Shown here: piece after piece, positions 25,446 to 38,433 of the stretch
Position numbering within the stretch: position 1 is the first letter of the stretch
Layout: each line of letters opens with the position of its first letter
From: Geosiphon pyriformis uo1
Taxonomy: Eukaryota; Fungi; Glomeromycota
NCBI GenBank assembly: GCA_016748015.1
Contig: JAAOMT010000512.1
Span: forward strand, 248,046-312,000
Length of the DNA stretch: 63,955 bases
Direction: 5' to 3'
Made by a program: the position numbers and the translations under genes
The notes under the pieces: generated by a model
The model's input: the letters and a program-made list of their open reading frames with translations, nothing else
What the model was told of the DNA's origin: nothing
Database searches by the model: none

Positions 25446-25792
25446 GTAGAAAACAGTTGATTGTTTAATGTAGGAAAGAAAAATGAACACTTTGCCAGGG
25501 ATATTATCAAAATAAATTAAATAAAAATATTGGTTGTAAATACACCGTTGAAATTCAGTATTTAATTAGTTTTAGAAATTCTAAATTCTCATTCCTGGAT
25601 ATTTGTCAAAAATTCAGAGCACAGATTCGATTATGGTTTAATTAATGGCAAATACTGATTACACAATTTGTTTGTACAATTTTTTATCTCAGGTTTTTCC
25701 CAAAAGAGATATGCTTGAATAATTTTTATAAAATAACATATGTGACATTGGCCTGTGCTAGTCATCTACCGTAACTGGGAAAAAAACAAAGC

Positions 25793-27884
25793 TTAAGAGT
25801 CGTCCTTTTGTTCTGTTGCTAGTTGTTCTAATTCCTCCAAATTCCATCCAATCTCCGATTTCGGTAAATTGAAATGATGAAGTTCATGTGCCAAAGATCG
25901 GATAATCACATCACTAAAAAAGTTGCTCAGGTGAAAATTAGAAGGAAAAAAATAAAAGCAAGATAAATGCTGGATATACCTTGTTTTCATACACCAAACA
26001 CAATAATCATCTAACCATATTTTAGAGTAAATGTAATATGCGTCATGATGATCAAATAGGTCTTTAATCTCCAATAGACATTTTAACAAAGCTCGCTTTC
26101 CCAGCTTAAATACCACATAGACATCTTGTAGAACTTTTTCACACAGAGCATAGTTTCGGTAGAGTGGGTAAGCTAAGGCGCGACGATACAATGCGACAAT
26201 TGTTTCTTTAAGCGTCGTGAATTTCTGCGTGTAGGGTATTGAGTGATGATGGATGAATCAAGAAACTGGAGAAATCCAAGTATCACGGATGGCTCACCTC
26301 AAGACATGATATTGTGGGACTAAGCTTGCCTATTGTCCATACGGATTCCACCGTATTTTCATCTTCGGTCACACGTTTATTATAGCTATACGCAAAGATT
26401 AAGTCTATAAGACCAAGATATATCGATTTTTCGTTATCGATGAGATCTAAAGGGAAAAGAAAATGTTTAGAGCGAGTGATTGGTGATGAGTGACGAATGA
26501 ACTTTGATAAATGTCGTTTCTTACACTCTTTATTAGGTAAATTTCGCATGATATCTTGTTCCTGTTTTGTAAACTTCAAATTTGACCCGTCAACATCACC
26601 TATCTCAAGTTTCTTCATCACTGTCACAATGCTATCTTTTTCCTCATCATCAGGTAATCTGAGAGCTTTGAAAATTTCTCCATTTATGCCTTTTGCTGGA
26701 GTCTCTGTGCATTCATAGAATTATGTATAGGTTACAAACGAAACATTCTTACCTTCCTTATGACTATATTCAGCTTTCGCTAAATTTTGAATCTGTCGGA
26801 GCTCTTTCCACCAGACTGTTTTGTGTTTTATAATCTCTTTTACTTCTTCGTCATATACAAAATCTCCCCTAGAGTGATTGTAAGAAAAGTAGTAAATCAG
26901 GTTTTGTTTGCACTCAGAAAAAGGCGAACCTTCAAAGCTCACATGTAATATTCATCATCAAATTTAGGGTTCTCGGCTGCTAAACGAATCTGACGTCGAG
27001 ATTCAAAGGTCGAAATTTCAGGATCTGGAATATCGTTAATCTCGTTGCAAGTTTCTTGCACATAAGTAAAATATCCATTATATTGTCCGTTAAAGCCGTA
27101 AGATGTCGTTAAGATTAAATCCTAGATTTATAAATAAATTAAAGATTCGATTCCGAGAAAAAAGGCTAAAAATCTAAAATTTTACTGGTTGGGACGGAAA
27201 TTCCTGCGGGAGTTCCCAATCATAATGAATAGCTAGAACATGGGATATCAAATTTAATGTATCATGAATTAGATGAATCTGAAGCCATATCTTATTAAAT
27301 TAACATAGATTTCATACCTTCTTCATATTCCAACAAATTCTCTTTTTGCATTTTATCAAACCCCTCGTTCTTACCGACAGCTTCAATCAGAGGGGATTTT
27401 AATCTATCATGGGTATATTCTCCTTTCCTGGCCATCAATTTTGTTACAAGGTCTAAATCGGGAAATTGTTCACCGGGAGTCTCTTTTGGTAATTTTACAA
27501 TCACATCTCCTTTAGCAATATCATATGATGCTTTTGAACGATCATCTTCAACTATGTTCCCAGGAAATCGCAACCTGAAAAATTGATGTTTATTTAATGT
27601 AAATAAAACTTCAATAATATGAAGAACAGCACAAAAATTTCTGACCGTAAAAAGTAAGGGCGAAGGTAAAATTTAAACTCATTATTTTCAATGAAAAATT
27701 CCACATCCTGTGCCTTTTTGATAAAGGATTTTTAACGTCAATATAACACAAGGCTTGGATATATCACGTGCATAAGCTGTAGAAATTCAGTTTCCAGCGA
27801 CTTTTTTACCTTGATGAAAGGCGCGTGAATAATTATCGTAATAAAGTCATTGTCTTGTTCGACATTGAAAACAGGAGTGATCAT
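25793..27884 (-). CDS. SHQ1: SHQ1 H/ACA snoRNP assembly chaperone
   Basis: MITPVFNVEQDNDFI..PYFL|RLRFPG, KETPGEQFPDLDL, YGFNGQY, TVESVWTIGKLSP, RRALAYPLYRNY, YIYSKIWLDDY. Confidence 0.95.
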
Positions 27885-28047
27885 TGTCAAATTTTAATGG
27901 AAATTTTCAAAGAAAATTTAAAATAATCATATTTAGAAATTAATTGAAGCGATCATTGATTAAGATCTCTAAGCCCATCTGTAAAGAAAACCATTAAAGT
28001 GAATTCTTGATCTTCTAATACCACTTGGACAGATAATTCCAAAAATC

Positions 28048-30414
28048 ATGACGAGCCAAGAAGAAGTCACACAAGTTCACTCCCTCTATGATACAATCCT
28101 TATCCTGGATTTTGGATCACAATATTCCCACTTAATAGCGCGTAGAGTACGAGAGTTTGGTGTATACTGTGAAATGTTGCCATGCACACAAAAAATCAGT
28201 GATTTACATTTCCATCCGAAAGGTTATTTTCAGCATCATCAATTTCTTGAAATTTTTTTGGTTACTCTGTTAGATCGAAATGCCTCGATTATTTTTTTTT
28301 TCAAAATTAAAGGTGTGATTCTCTCTGGAAGCCCATATTCGGTATACGATCAAGACGCCCCTCGGGTCGATCCTCAGGTGTTCGCTCTTGGCGTGCCGGT
28401 ACTTGGAATATGTTACGGGCTTCAGGTATTGTGGTCCGTGGGAATTTCCGAGAAAGAAAATACCTTCCCTTAATAGATCACTAATCTTGATCATTCAGTT
28501 TATAGGAAATTGCCTGGAATTATAATGGATCTGTAGCGTCTTGTGATCATCGGGAATATGGCCATGCCTTATTAACTATTGTAAAACACAACGAACATCC
28601 TTTTATAGACAATTTTTTTGATAATCTAGATGGGGATATTGAGGTATTGAAAAACCATCTAATTCAAAATTCAAAGATTTTTTGAGAACTTTCAAAGTAC
28701 ATATACTTTATATTGATCATAGGTTTGGATGAGCCATGGTGATCAACTTGACAAACTGCCAACTGGTTTCAGGGTAATAGCAAATACATTAACATCTCCG
28801 TATGCCGCTATCGCTCACGATGAAAAGAATATTTTTGGGATTCAATTTCATCCTGAAGTCACACATACCCCTCTTGGAAAGAATATTTTAAAGAATTTCA
28901 TAATTGGAATTTGTCAATCAAAAGCCAATTGGACAATGGTAAAAGTCTGATATTTCTCATGTCTTAAAATTTTGATCGATTAACGGAGACTAACAGGAAA
29001 TTGATTTTTAGGAATCATTTATTGACAAGGAAATAGCCCGAATAAGACAAATAGTTGGAATCAATGGTCAGGTTGTTGGAGCAGTCAGTGGCGGCGTCGA
29101 TAGCACGGTGGCCGCTAAATTAATGAAAGAAGCCATTGGCGATCGGTGAGTTTTTCATTTGATATCAAACTATCAAAGAATTAATTAATGATATTCTGGT
29201 TAATCTTTTGGAAGGTTTCATGCGATTCTTGTCAATAATGGTGTAATGCGATTGAATGAGTGTGAAATTGTCAAGGAAAAATTAGGACTTCATTTAGGAA
29301 TAAATCTAAGAGTAGTTGAAGCATCTGACTTGTTTCTTCTTCGTCTCAAAGGGGTAAGTGATCCCGAAAAGAAACGCAAGATTATTGGGAATACCTTCAT
29401 CGAGGTTTTTGAATCGGAGGCCGCTAAAATTGATCAAGAAACAAAAGAAGGTGGTCATGGTGAAATTGAATACCTTCTTCAGGGTACACTATATCCTGAT
29501 GTAATTGAAAGTATATCATTCAAAGGTCCCAGTGCAATTATAAAGACCCATCATGTAAGTGAAGATTTTATCCTTTTGATTAATTTAAACCTTTCGTCTA
29601 ATCGATTGGCTATTCTGGCTAACAGAATGTTGGAGGTCTTTTGGAAAACATGAAGCTGAAACTAATCGAACCACTCAGGGAACTTTTTAAAGGTTGATAA
29701 TTCTAAATTCATATCTTAATTTATCCGCTATATGAATTTATTCTTCATGAATATCTTTAAATTAGATGAAGTACGTGTACTTGGGACATTCCTGGGCCTT
29801 GATGAAGAGCTTATTTGGCGACATCCGTTCCCAGGCCCTGGTATAGCCATTCGGATTCTCGGTGAAGTCACACCACAACAAGTTGCCATTGTACGTGCTG
29901 CTGATCATATTTACATTGAAGAGATTAAGAAGGCTGGACTTTATCGTAAGATTGCACAGGCATACGCTGCATTGTTGCCAGTTAAAGCTGTTGGAGTCAT
30001 GGGCGATAAACGGACGTATGAACAAGTTATTGCGTTGCGTGCTGTTGAGACCACAGATTACATGACTGCAGATTGGTACTTCATTTTTTCTCAAATATAT
30101 ATAAAGAATTTTGCTATCAAGATTTCTCCTTATCTATATTCTTTCCTTGTTAGGTATCCATTTCCTTACGATATACTAAAACGCATCAGCAATCGAATAA
30201 TCAATGAGATCAAAGGTAGCAAAACTTTTGGCTTGTATACCTCATGATTTAAGATTAACAAAGTTCTGCAACCTCTCTTTAACAGGAGTGAACCGTGTGG
30301 TATATGACATTTCAAGTAAACCTCCGGCCACAATAGAATGGTGAGTATATATTTAATATATGATTTTGCTGTATTTTTCAATTAATTCATATATTTTTCT
30401 TTTTAAGGGAATAA
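28048..30414 (+). CDS. GUA1: GMP synthase (glutamine-hydrolysing)
   Basis: [53 protein letters not shown]|[21 protein letters not shown]|E*. The last exon has 7 coding nt. Confidence 0.98.
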
Positions 30415-31872
30415 AATTTGATGAACGTATGAAGGATTTTATGTAATTTATGAATTTACAGTATTCTTAGCTTAATTCACATTATAAAACAAAATTTCGA
30501 AAATCAAAGGTCCACTTGATCCAAAATAAAACTTCATGATCAATATTACTAATAAAACATTCGATATTTACGATTTTCCTGTGTTATCAGACTTAAGATA
30601 GATTTTAAAGATAAACTAAAAATACTTTAATGTCATTTTGGTATTGTAATAAAACAGGAAATTTGTTTAAAACACGAAGCAAATTTTGATAAAAGATGAT
30701 CCAAACTAATTAATAAAATAATAAAAATAAATAAGAATTGGTAATTGGTAATTGGTTAATTTAAACACAAATCTTATAAAGAAAAAAGTTTATGCACAAA
30801 ATGTTGAAAATTTTCAGTTTTAGAAATATTAATTTTAAAATGTACTTTTTAAAACAACCAGATAAGTTTTTGTGAACCTAAATATGAGATATTAGTAAGC
30901 ATTCTTAAATATTATTTTCATAAATCAATTTCAGCTTATTCTAATCTTTCAATTAATCTATAAAATTCCTTTTTTTCATCATTAGAGCCTGATGAGATAC
31001 CATCTTAAAAATGGACAACACTAATTCGGAAAAGGTTTTAAAAGCTTTATTTAGGTAATGCCAGCTAGTTAAGATTCCAAAAAATTTATTACATACATTA
31101 GGAATGTCTTTGTATCAATCAAGTTCCAGTCAATGGTAATGGTTTTTTAATTTATTCATTGAACGCTGAAAATAAGTGTAAAGCATTCTTTTAACGATAA
31201 TAAATTAAGTTTGATATCTAAAGTGGCGGTTTTTTGAACTCTTTCGATATGTATAATAAATTCCAAGAATAGTTTTCTGTATATGTATCAAAGCGGCAGA
31301 ATGAGAAAATAATTTATTGAAAAGTTTTAATTACGCAAATGCATATAATTCTTTATCTTAAATCCATTTGCACTGACATAGAAAGCGGGAAAAAAGTGAG
31401 TTTAATATGCTGCGCATTTATTTTGGTTGCTCATGAGGGTGTAGTGTTGAGATGGAATAAAAAAAAAGTTTAAAATTTAAAATAGTCAATATCTTGAATG
31501 CTTAGCTTTCTTTATTATATTTTTAAGTGGCAATCATTTTTGTATGCTAGAATTTTAACATAAAATATAAAAAAAAACAAAATTCAGATTCTATTTTTGG
31601 ACAAAATTAGGAAATTATTAACATTTAAGATAATAACAACTATTTTTATTAAAATTGTTCTTTTTATAACATATATATTCGTTTAAATGGTTTTTATATA
31701 AAATAATAGACCTTTCTTTTGAAGAGTTTTAAAAAACAAATGTAAATGCTATTGCGAAAATAATGGTGGGTATGATAAATATTTTGTTTAATTCCTTAAT
31801 ATAATCTAAAATTATTAAATTATTTCCAAGAGGGATTTTTTCTATTGATACTTCAATTTGAACAATCGTCTT

Positions 31873-33373
31873 TTAAAAATGATCGCCCTTACTTCTGATC
31901 CAAATATCATGGCTTCTTATAATTTCGAGAACGATTTTACTCTCTATTTCAACTCCATTGCTAGCCTCTTCATCAGATAGCTTAATCTGAGTTTCCGACG
32001 TTTGGGTAATTAAAACTACTTCTCTTTTTCGTGTTTGGAGAAGGTTACCAATCACAATTTGATGCCCATAACGTGTGAGCGCTTGTCTTGATTTCAGCAC
32101 CAAGAGTGAAGGATCTGTTTCCAACTGTAATCAAACCAAAAAAACATATTTTACTAGATCATAGAAAAAAGGGAGAAAGATATTTCAGAATCATAATACA
32201 AGTTGATACCTTAAAAGATACAATAAATCCACGGGGAGCCCAATAAGTGATCATCGGCTTTAAAAATTTTGGCACTTGGTCCATCTTGAGAGTCATAGCA
32301 CCTCCTCCTGACTGGATTTTATGCTCAACCTTGAGAATAATAAAGCTCGAGTCTTTAGCACTAAAATGCAGAGATAGGTTTGAAAAAGATAAATGGTTCA
32401 ATAGGAATACATACCATTTTTTTTGATGGTATAAAAAAATCGCTGACAGCTGCAGCAAGATAATAGAGCGCGCGTTGTTGTAAGCTCTCCATTAATTGTG
32501 TAACGCTTCGAAGCAGAAACAAATAATCGGTCACGGTGAAGAAATCAATCAACAAAAGCGATCCATTACGTTTAGCCTTTACAAAGGGTGAAAAGTAAGC
32601 CAGACAATTAAAACTAAATGAAGTTACTATTGAGAAAGGTATTTACTTGTTGATACTTTTTTAATACCTCTCTCATTTTGAGAGAATATTCAGCGGAAAC
32701 TGGACGGATTAAATAAACGTTTATAAGATTTTTCTCTCAATATTATGAAAAAAGTATCAAAGATTACCCGATACACTTCCGTCTGCTTTTTCTTCCAATA
32801 AATCTAGGAAAGAGGCCGAAGAAAGAGAATAATGTCTGTTGTATGGTCGATGGCTAAATTCCCTATGCATAAATATAACAGCGTAACCGGCTTCGAGAAA
32901 ATATGTATCATAACGGTGATAGTTAAGAAAAAAGCCAGCTTTTTGCAAAACATGATCGAAAATAATTTCGATTTACAATAATACTCAACTATTTAAATTA
33001 AAAAAGGATATTCAGCCGAAGTTGAACCTCTCGTACCCGCGCTAAAATTATCAATAAACCGGACCGTTTGGTTTTCCAAGGGTACAGTCGTTCCCCCGCT
33101 CTTCACATCAAATAAAAAAATTAGTGATGCAATATTATGAGTAGCCTTACAAGACAAATTTTCGCGTATTTAGAGTACCGTGACCAAAACGACTCTATTC
33201 CCAACTTTATCATGTCGTTTTACAAATTCTTTGACCAGCTTTTCGTCCTCTTCTAAGGACTTGGGCGGCTCGTGTGTTTCAAAATATGTGTCAGGATCAA
33301 TTACGTCAGTCGTACCACGGTCAAGAAGGGTCCCGTTTTCGGCTTCGTCTTTTCTTGTATTTAATGGTTCCAT
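31873..33373 (-). CDS. CAB2: phosphopantothenate--cysteine ligase (PPCS, CoA biosynthesis)
   Basis: RVVLVT|[30 protein letters not shown]|[36 protein letters not shown]|[13 protein letters not shown]. Confidence 0.96.
32905..33011 (-). other. U12-type (minor spliceosome) AT-AC intron in CAB2
   Basis: 5' splice site ATATCCTTTT, branch site TTTTCTTAAC ~17 nt before the TAC| acceptor. Splicing restores TSAE-YFL. Confidence 0.93.
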
Positions 33374-33690
33374 AACGTCAAAAAAATACACATTATGAGA
33401 TTCGCATCTTTAGATTAGATCAGCCATTGTTCGAATGAATTTTAGGGAAGCCTGATATCACCCTTGAGAATCCGGAAATTTTTAAATTGCCAAATGACAG
33501 ATCAGATGACGGAAAAATGAATATTCTTTATTATATGCCAAATGTTTTAGTGCAAAAGCTGTGGTTGCACTCTCCCAAGTCTGCTAACGGCGATAGATAG
33601 TATTCTTGGCGTTACCTATTCCTCTACTTTTCGCAATCTTTCCTTCTTGGTTTTTCTGTAGAAATATTATATCGCTTCATATTTAACAGC

Positions 33691-36291
33691 ATGAGTTTGC
33701 CGATTGAAGCAGTAGCCTCGGGTAATGTGCTCAAAAAAAAGACCTATGAGTACCAGGATAAGCTATCAAAGTTGCCAATACCTCCTTTAGAGCAAACCTT
33801 ACAAAGATACTTATCCGTATTAAAGCCACTTCAGGTATTTCACTTCAACTATCGCAAAAGCAACTGAAAATTAAGATTCCCTAGGGCAATTACATGATAA
33901 TCTTGAGGCATGTTAACTGATAATTAGTCATCAAATGGGGCGAATCCAATATGAAGCGTGTTGTTGAAAATTTGCTTAGCGCTTCAATATAATTGTAACA
34001 GCCTGATGTCACAGGGATTATCGAATACAGCTCAAGGATGCTAGTCTTGATCACTTTATATAATTAAGACAGCGAACGAATAATGTGGAAAATTAAAAGC
34101 ATTTGATCACACATATTAACATACTTAGTTTTTTCGCAGAGTTCTAAAAAACACGAAGAAACTATAGTGGCAGTGGAAAAATTTCTTGAGAGTGATGGAC
34201 CTGTGCTTCAGGAGAAGCTCAAAACTTATGCAAATGACAAATCAAGCTATATTGAAGAGTTTTGGTACGACTCCTATTTAAGCTACTCAGATTCAGTAGT
34301 TTTAAATTTGAACCCTTTTTTCGTTCTCGAAGATGATCCCACACCTGCACGTAACAACCAAGTTGTTAGAGCTGCTTCTTTGGTTGTATCTTCCTTAAAG
34401 TTCATTCATGCTTTACAAAGAGAGACACTTGAACCTGATGTTTTTAGGGGTACGCCTTTGTGCATGTCTCAGTTTAAACGTCTGTTTGGGACTGCTCGGC
34501 TTCCGACCGAGAATGGTTGTATCATGGATACCGCTTCTCATTCCAGGCACATAATTATATTATGCCGGGGTCAATTTTATTGGTTCGATGTTTTAACAGA
34601 AGATAATGATGTCGCGATTACCGAGAAAGAGCTTGTCGCGAATCTGAAAACTATCAAGCAGGATGCTTTGGAAATACCAATAGTCGAAGCGGCAAAACAT
34701 GCTGTTGGTATTCTTTCTACTGAAAATCGTAAAATTTGGGCTGGCTTAAGAAAAATCCTTGAAAATTCTTCGGAAAATAATAAAGATGCCTTGAAAATTC
34801 TGGATTCCGCATTGTTCGTGGTCTGTTTAGACGAAGTATCCCCTGCTTCAGGGGATGATGTTGCAAACAATATGCTTTGTGGAACTTATGATGTTCAACA
34901 AGGAGTGCAAATTGGTACTTGTGCTAATCGATGGTATGATAAATTGCAAATAATCGTATGCGAAAATGGTTCTGCTGGAGTAAATTTTGAACATACCGGT
35001 ATTCTTTCTAATTATATTTTGCAATCTATCATGAACTTGGGATTATTTGATATCTTCATTTATGTTATTTATTTTTAATGGCTTATGTGATTTTTCAGGG
35101 GTAGACGGCCATACCGTTCTTCGTTTTGTGTCAGATATTTATACCGACACCATCCTAAGGTTTGCTCAAACTATTACCCATCACAAGATATCCTTATTTC
35201 ACTCATCACCCAGAACTTCGCCAAATCCCAAACAATTCAAGCCTGCTCTCACTGATACTACTCCCAAGAAACTCGAATGGACTCTTACACCTGAAATGTT
35301 AATAGGGATCAGGTTCGCGGAAACACGGCTCAGCGATTTAATTTTACAAAATGAAGTACAGGTCTTGGAATTCGACAGATATGGGAAAAACTTTATAACG
35401 AGCTGCCGAATGAGTCCAGACGCCTTTGTACAGGTTAGTCCAGAAAATATTAGTTGTGAGCATAATTTTGCAATGCATAAACACCAAATTAATGTTTAGA
35501 TGGCCTTTCAAGCGGCTTACTATGGCCTCTATGGATCAGTTGAATGCACATATGAGCCTGCAATGACTAAAGCCTTTCTCCACGGGCGTACGGAAGCAAT
35601 CCGTTCTGTCACAACAGAATCAGTGGATTATGTAAAACTATTTTGGTCTGATGCTCCTCCCTCGGAGAAGCTCAAGTCTCTTCGAAAGGCTATCCTTAGT
35701 CATGTGAATTTGACAAAGATGTGTGCAAAAGGGTTGGGTCAAGACAGACATTTGTATGCATTGCAGTGTCTTTGGCAGAGAGAAGTACATGACGAGATGC
35801 CATCTATATTTAGGGATTCCGGATGGCAAACTTTGAATCACACTGTAATTAGCACTAGTAATTGTGGGAATCCTGCATTAAGATTCTTTGGTTTCGGTCC
35901 TGTCGTAGCTGATGGCTTTGGGATTGGATACATCATCAAGGATGAAGAAATTTCCGTGAGTTAACAATAGCTATTTACATTATCTATCGATATCACATTT
36001 TATTAATCATGTATATCTTCGAAGTTCTGCGCATCTTCAAAACATCGGCAAACACGTCGTTTCCTTCAAACACTGGAAAACTATCTTTCAGATGTTCGTT
36101 TATTATTGATTAATGAGCGACGCACCCCTGGGCTATCTCAAAATATACTTGATAACGAAAACATTACCATTATGTCCGGTTATGGATATTTTGACGCGGG
36201 TGGCATTGAAGAACTTCTTGAGCACCGATTAGAGGAAAAAAGGGAGGGAATGAAAAGAGTTGGAAAATCTTTGAAATTGGTCGATTATTAA
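33691..36291 (+). CDS. YAT1: carnitine O-acetyltransferase, Yat1/FacC type
   Basis: LPIPPLEQTLQRYL, LNLNPFFVLEDDPTP, PLCMSQF..LF, NRWYDK..FEHT|GVDG, SPDAFVQ|MAFQ, FLHGRTE, GQDRHL, STSN, GFGPVVADGFGIGY, C-terminal GYGYFDAG. Confidence 0.93.
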
Positions 36292-36503
36292 AACTGCTAA
36301 TATTCATAATGATCCTCAAACACACACTATATATTGTATTTATAATAGATTATTTACTTTTGTTTCATCGAGACGCCAGAAAATATTTGTTATTTTATTT
36401 GAAAGAAACACAATTCTACCGACTAGAATGCGATACACTAATTATGGAAGTTCTTGATAAATTGAAGCAAATATGGGCAATTAATTGGTTCTAATAAATT
36501 TTA

Positions 36504-36647
36504 ATGAGAAAGCCTAGTAGTGAATAATAAAGAGGTTTGTGAAAAATAGTGTCATTCAATGAAGTTCCTAGCCTATGAGAAAGCTTAGTGAATAATAAAG
36601 AGGTTTGTGAAAAATAGTGTCATTCAATGAAGTTCCTAGCCTATGAG
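36504..36647. repeat. two-copy tandem duplication (~68-71 bp) between convergent 3' ends
   Basis: atgagaaagc..tagtgaataataaagaggtttgtgaaaaatagtgtcattcaatgaagttcctagcct occurs twice. Confidence 0.9.
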
Positions 36648-36704
36648 CAAAGTGATTGTTCGTTGCTGAAAAATCCTATATACATCCCTTAAAGACTTTA
36701 AGCT

Positions 36705-37793
36705 TTACATCGCCTCAACCGGAGTTTTGTATAGCACTCTCGTCGGTGTTTTGCGCAAGCTTTTTGGTACTTTCCTAGCGATAGTTATGTGATCCGGAAA
36801 TTTCATTCCGAAAGCCAAGTACACCATCTCTTCATAGTTGGACTTTTTGAGCTCACGTCTTTCTTGTACAACGTCTATAGCAAATTTGTATCTCATAAAG
36901 CACGGAACTTCGAAGTATTTGGATGTGATAACACGTTTGAGCCAGGAAAAAGGGAGCTCGGCGAACACTTTCAAAAGCTCCCAATACCCTTTGCTATGGC
37001 ACGTGCCGTTCGAAAGCTCAATCGTGCAACGATTGGCTTGGTGACCGGCCCTTTCATGTGAGGAATCGGATTTGAAGGCTTCAAAAATTTTTGGGAGTTT
37101 TCTAACAAGAAAAAGAAAGCAAGCATCTCTGATATCTTTTGAAAATCCATTGTATTCGACTCCTTGTTCAATTAAATCAATATAATTCAATATCGTTGTC
37201 TTTGTAATGTTCTTTTTGATGATTTCGACGATATAAAAACACAATTGGTCTAAACCCAATAAGAATGCCGAGGCGAAAACAGAGCGAGCATTCCTTGGCG
37301 TAATCAATGGTATAGAATTGGCGTACAAGTGCCCTATAGCAATACTAAAACCTTCTTCGTTTACATTAGGATCGTCCACGTCGATGGTAATTTCAGTAGG
37401 ATTCGGTGAGTTTTCAAGTAATTGAAGCAACCTAGGTGACTGGGCAATAATCACAGAATGAACCTTATAAAACTGCTTGACCTTAAAGGGGACATGAAGG
37501 GTCACGTCCGAAAAGCATCCTTTAAAAAGACCTTCATTGTACAGTTGGTGGCAAATTGAATCATTGTAGGATAGTGGCAGTATTGGAGGATGAAGTGGTG
37601 GAGGCATATTAAGTGCGCCCAATATATGTTGCTGTGGCACGGAGCGCAAAATCTTTGGGGGTGAAGTTGCAACGCGGTGTTGGGATCCCAATGGAGAATT
37701 CAAGAGTGGAGATGAAGAAAGTGACAGTTCGATAAAGTGATGTCCACTACTAAGATTTTGAACAGGGCTTGGTGTAATCACTGAGGCAGTCAT
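36705..37793 (-). CDS. intronless BTB/POZ-domain protein (362 aa, germ-cell-less-like BTB)
   Basis: FSDVTLHV..YKVHSVIIAQSP..ITIDVDDPNVNEEGFSIAIGHLY..NARSVFASAFLL. Ser/Pro-rich N-terminus. Confidence 0.8.
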   Translation of the reverse strand: MTASVITPSPVQNLSSGHHFIELSLSSSPLLNSPLGSQHRVATSPPKILRSVPQQHILGALNMPPPLHPPILPLSYNDSICHQLYNEGLFKGCFSDVTLHVPFKVKQFYKVHSVIIAQSPRLLQLLENSPNPTEITIDVDDPNVNEEGFSIAIGHLYANSIPLITPRNARSVFASAFLLGLDQLCFYIVEIIKKNITKTTILNYIDLIEQGVEYNGFSKDIRDACFLFLVRKLPKIFEAFKSDSSHERAGHQANRCTIELSNGTCHSKGYWELLKVFAELPFSWLKRVITSKYFEVPCFMRYKFAIDVVQERRELKKSNYEEMVYLAFGMKFPDHITIARKVPKSLRKTPTRVLYKTPVEAM

Positions 37794-38433
37794 TTTAGCA
37801 GTAGCTTTAATATATATGATTTGGTTTTTTTACACCAATGCTTTTGAAACCGCGTTAGGTTTTTGGTCCCGCAGTATACCTTTTGTTTATTAATGTTCCG
37901 GGAAGAAAAAGAATATAAGAATTTTTCTAGCACCTGTCTTTTCTCGCGTGATTAAAAAGGTGAAATGTTTGAGCAAGTTCCTCGGATCTAGAATTCGGAT
38001 TTCAGCAAAAAGAGAAAGTCAAAAAGTGGAAAATAATAACCTACTTTTCCAATTGATCGTTTATTATTTCTATGTCACCGATCGCCATTGATAACAGTTT
38101 GAGATTTTTCAACCCACCCAACGTATTAATGGACGGATTGGTTTTTTGTTAATTTACTTAATATCATTTTTTTAAAAAGTGCAATTGGTTATATTTTCAT
38201 AATTTAATATTATTAGCCATTTAAAATTATAATATTTATTGATATTTAGAGTTCAAATTTGAGACAAAAATAATTTTTTTTAACAATATTAAATAAATTA
38301 TAATAAATAAAAAATTAATAATAATTGAATTACTTGTATTAATTATTTTAAAAAATCGATTAATTAATTAAATATATAATAATTAATCAAAATAAGGAAC
38401 TAAAAAATTCTTAGCTCGAATTAACGTAAAACA

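Noticed and set aside
30985-31065. CTGATGAG...GGAAA hammerhead-like or C/D-box-like motif in the GUA1-CAB2 intergenic region
   Set aside because: Stem I and stem II pairings cannot be completed, and there is no convincing D box or terminal stem.
33835-34139. TPP riboswitch in the YAT1 intron
   Set aside because: Contains CCTGAT but lacks the CUGAGA motif and the TPP architecture.
34999-35098. YAT1 intron with donor GTATTCTTT, close to the U12 consensus
   Set aside because: Mismatch at the conserved +5 C and no CCTTAAC-like branch site, so it is treated as U2.
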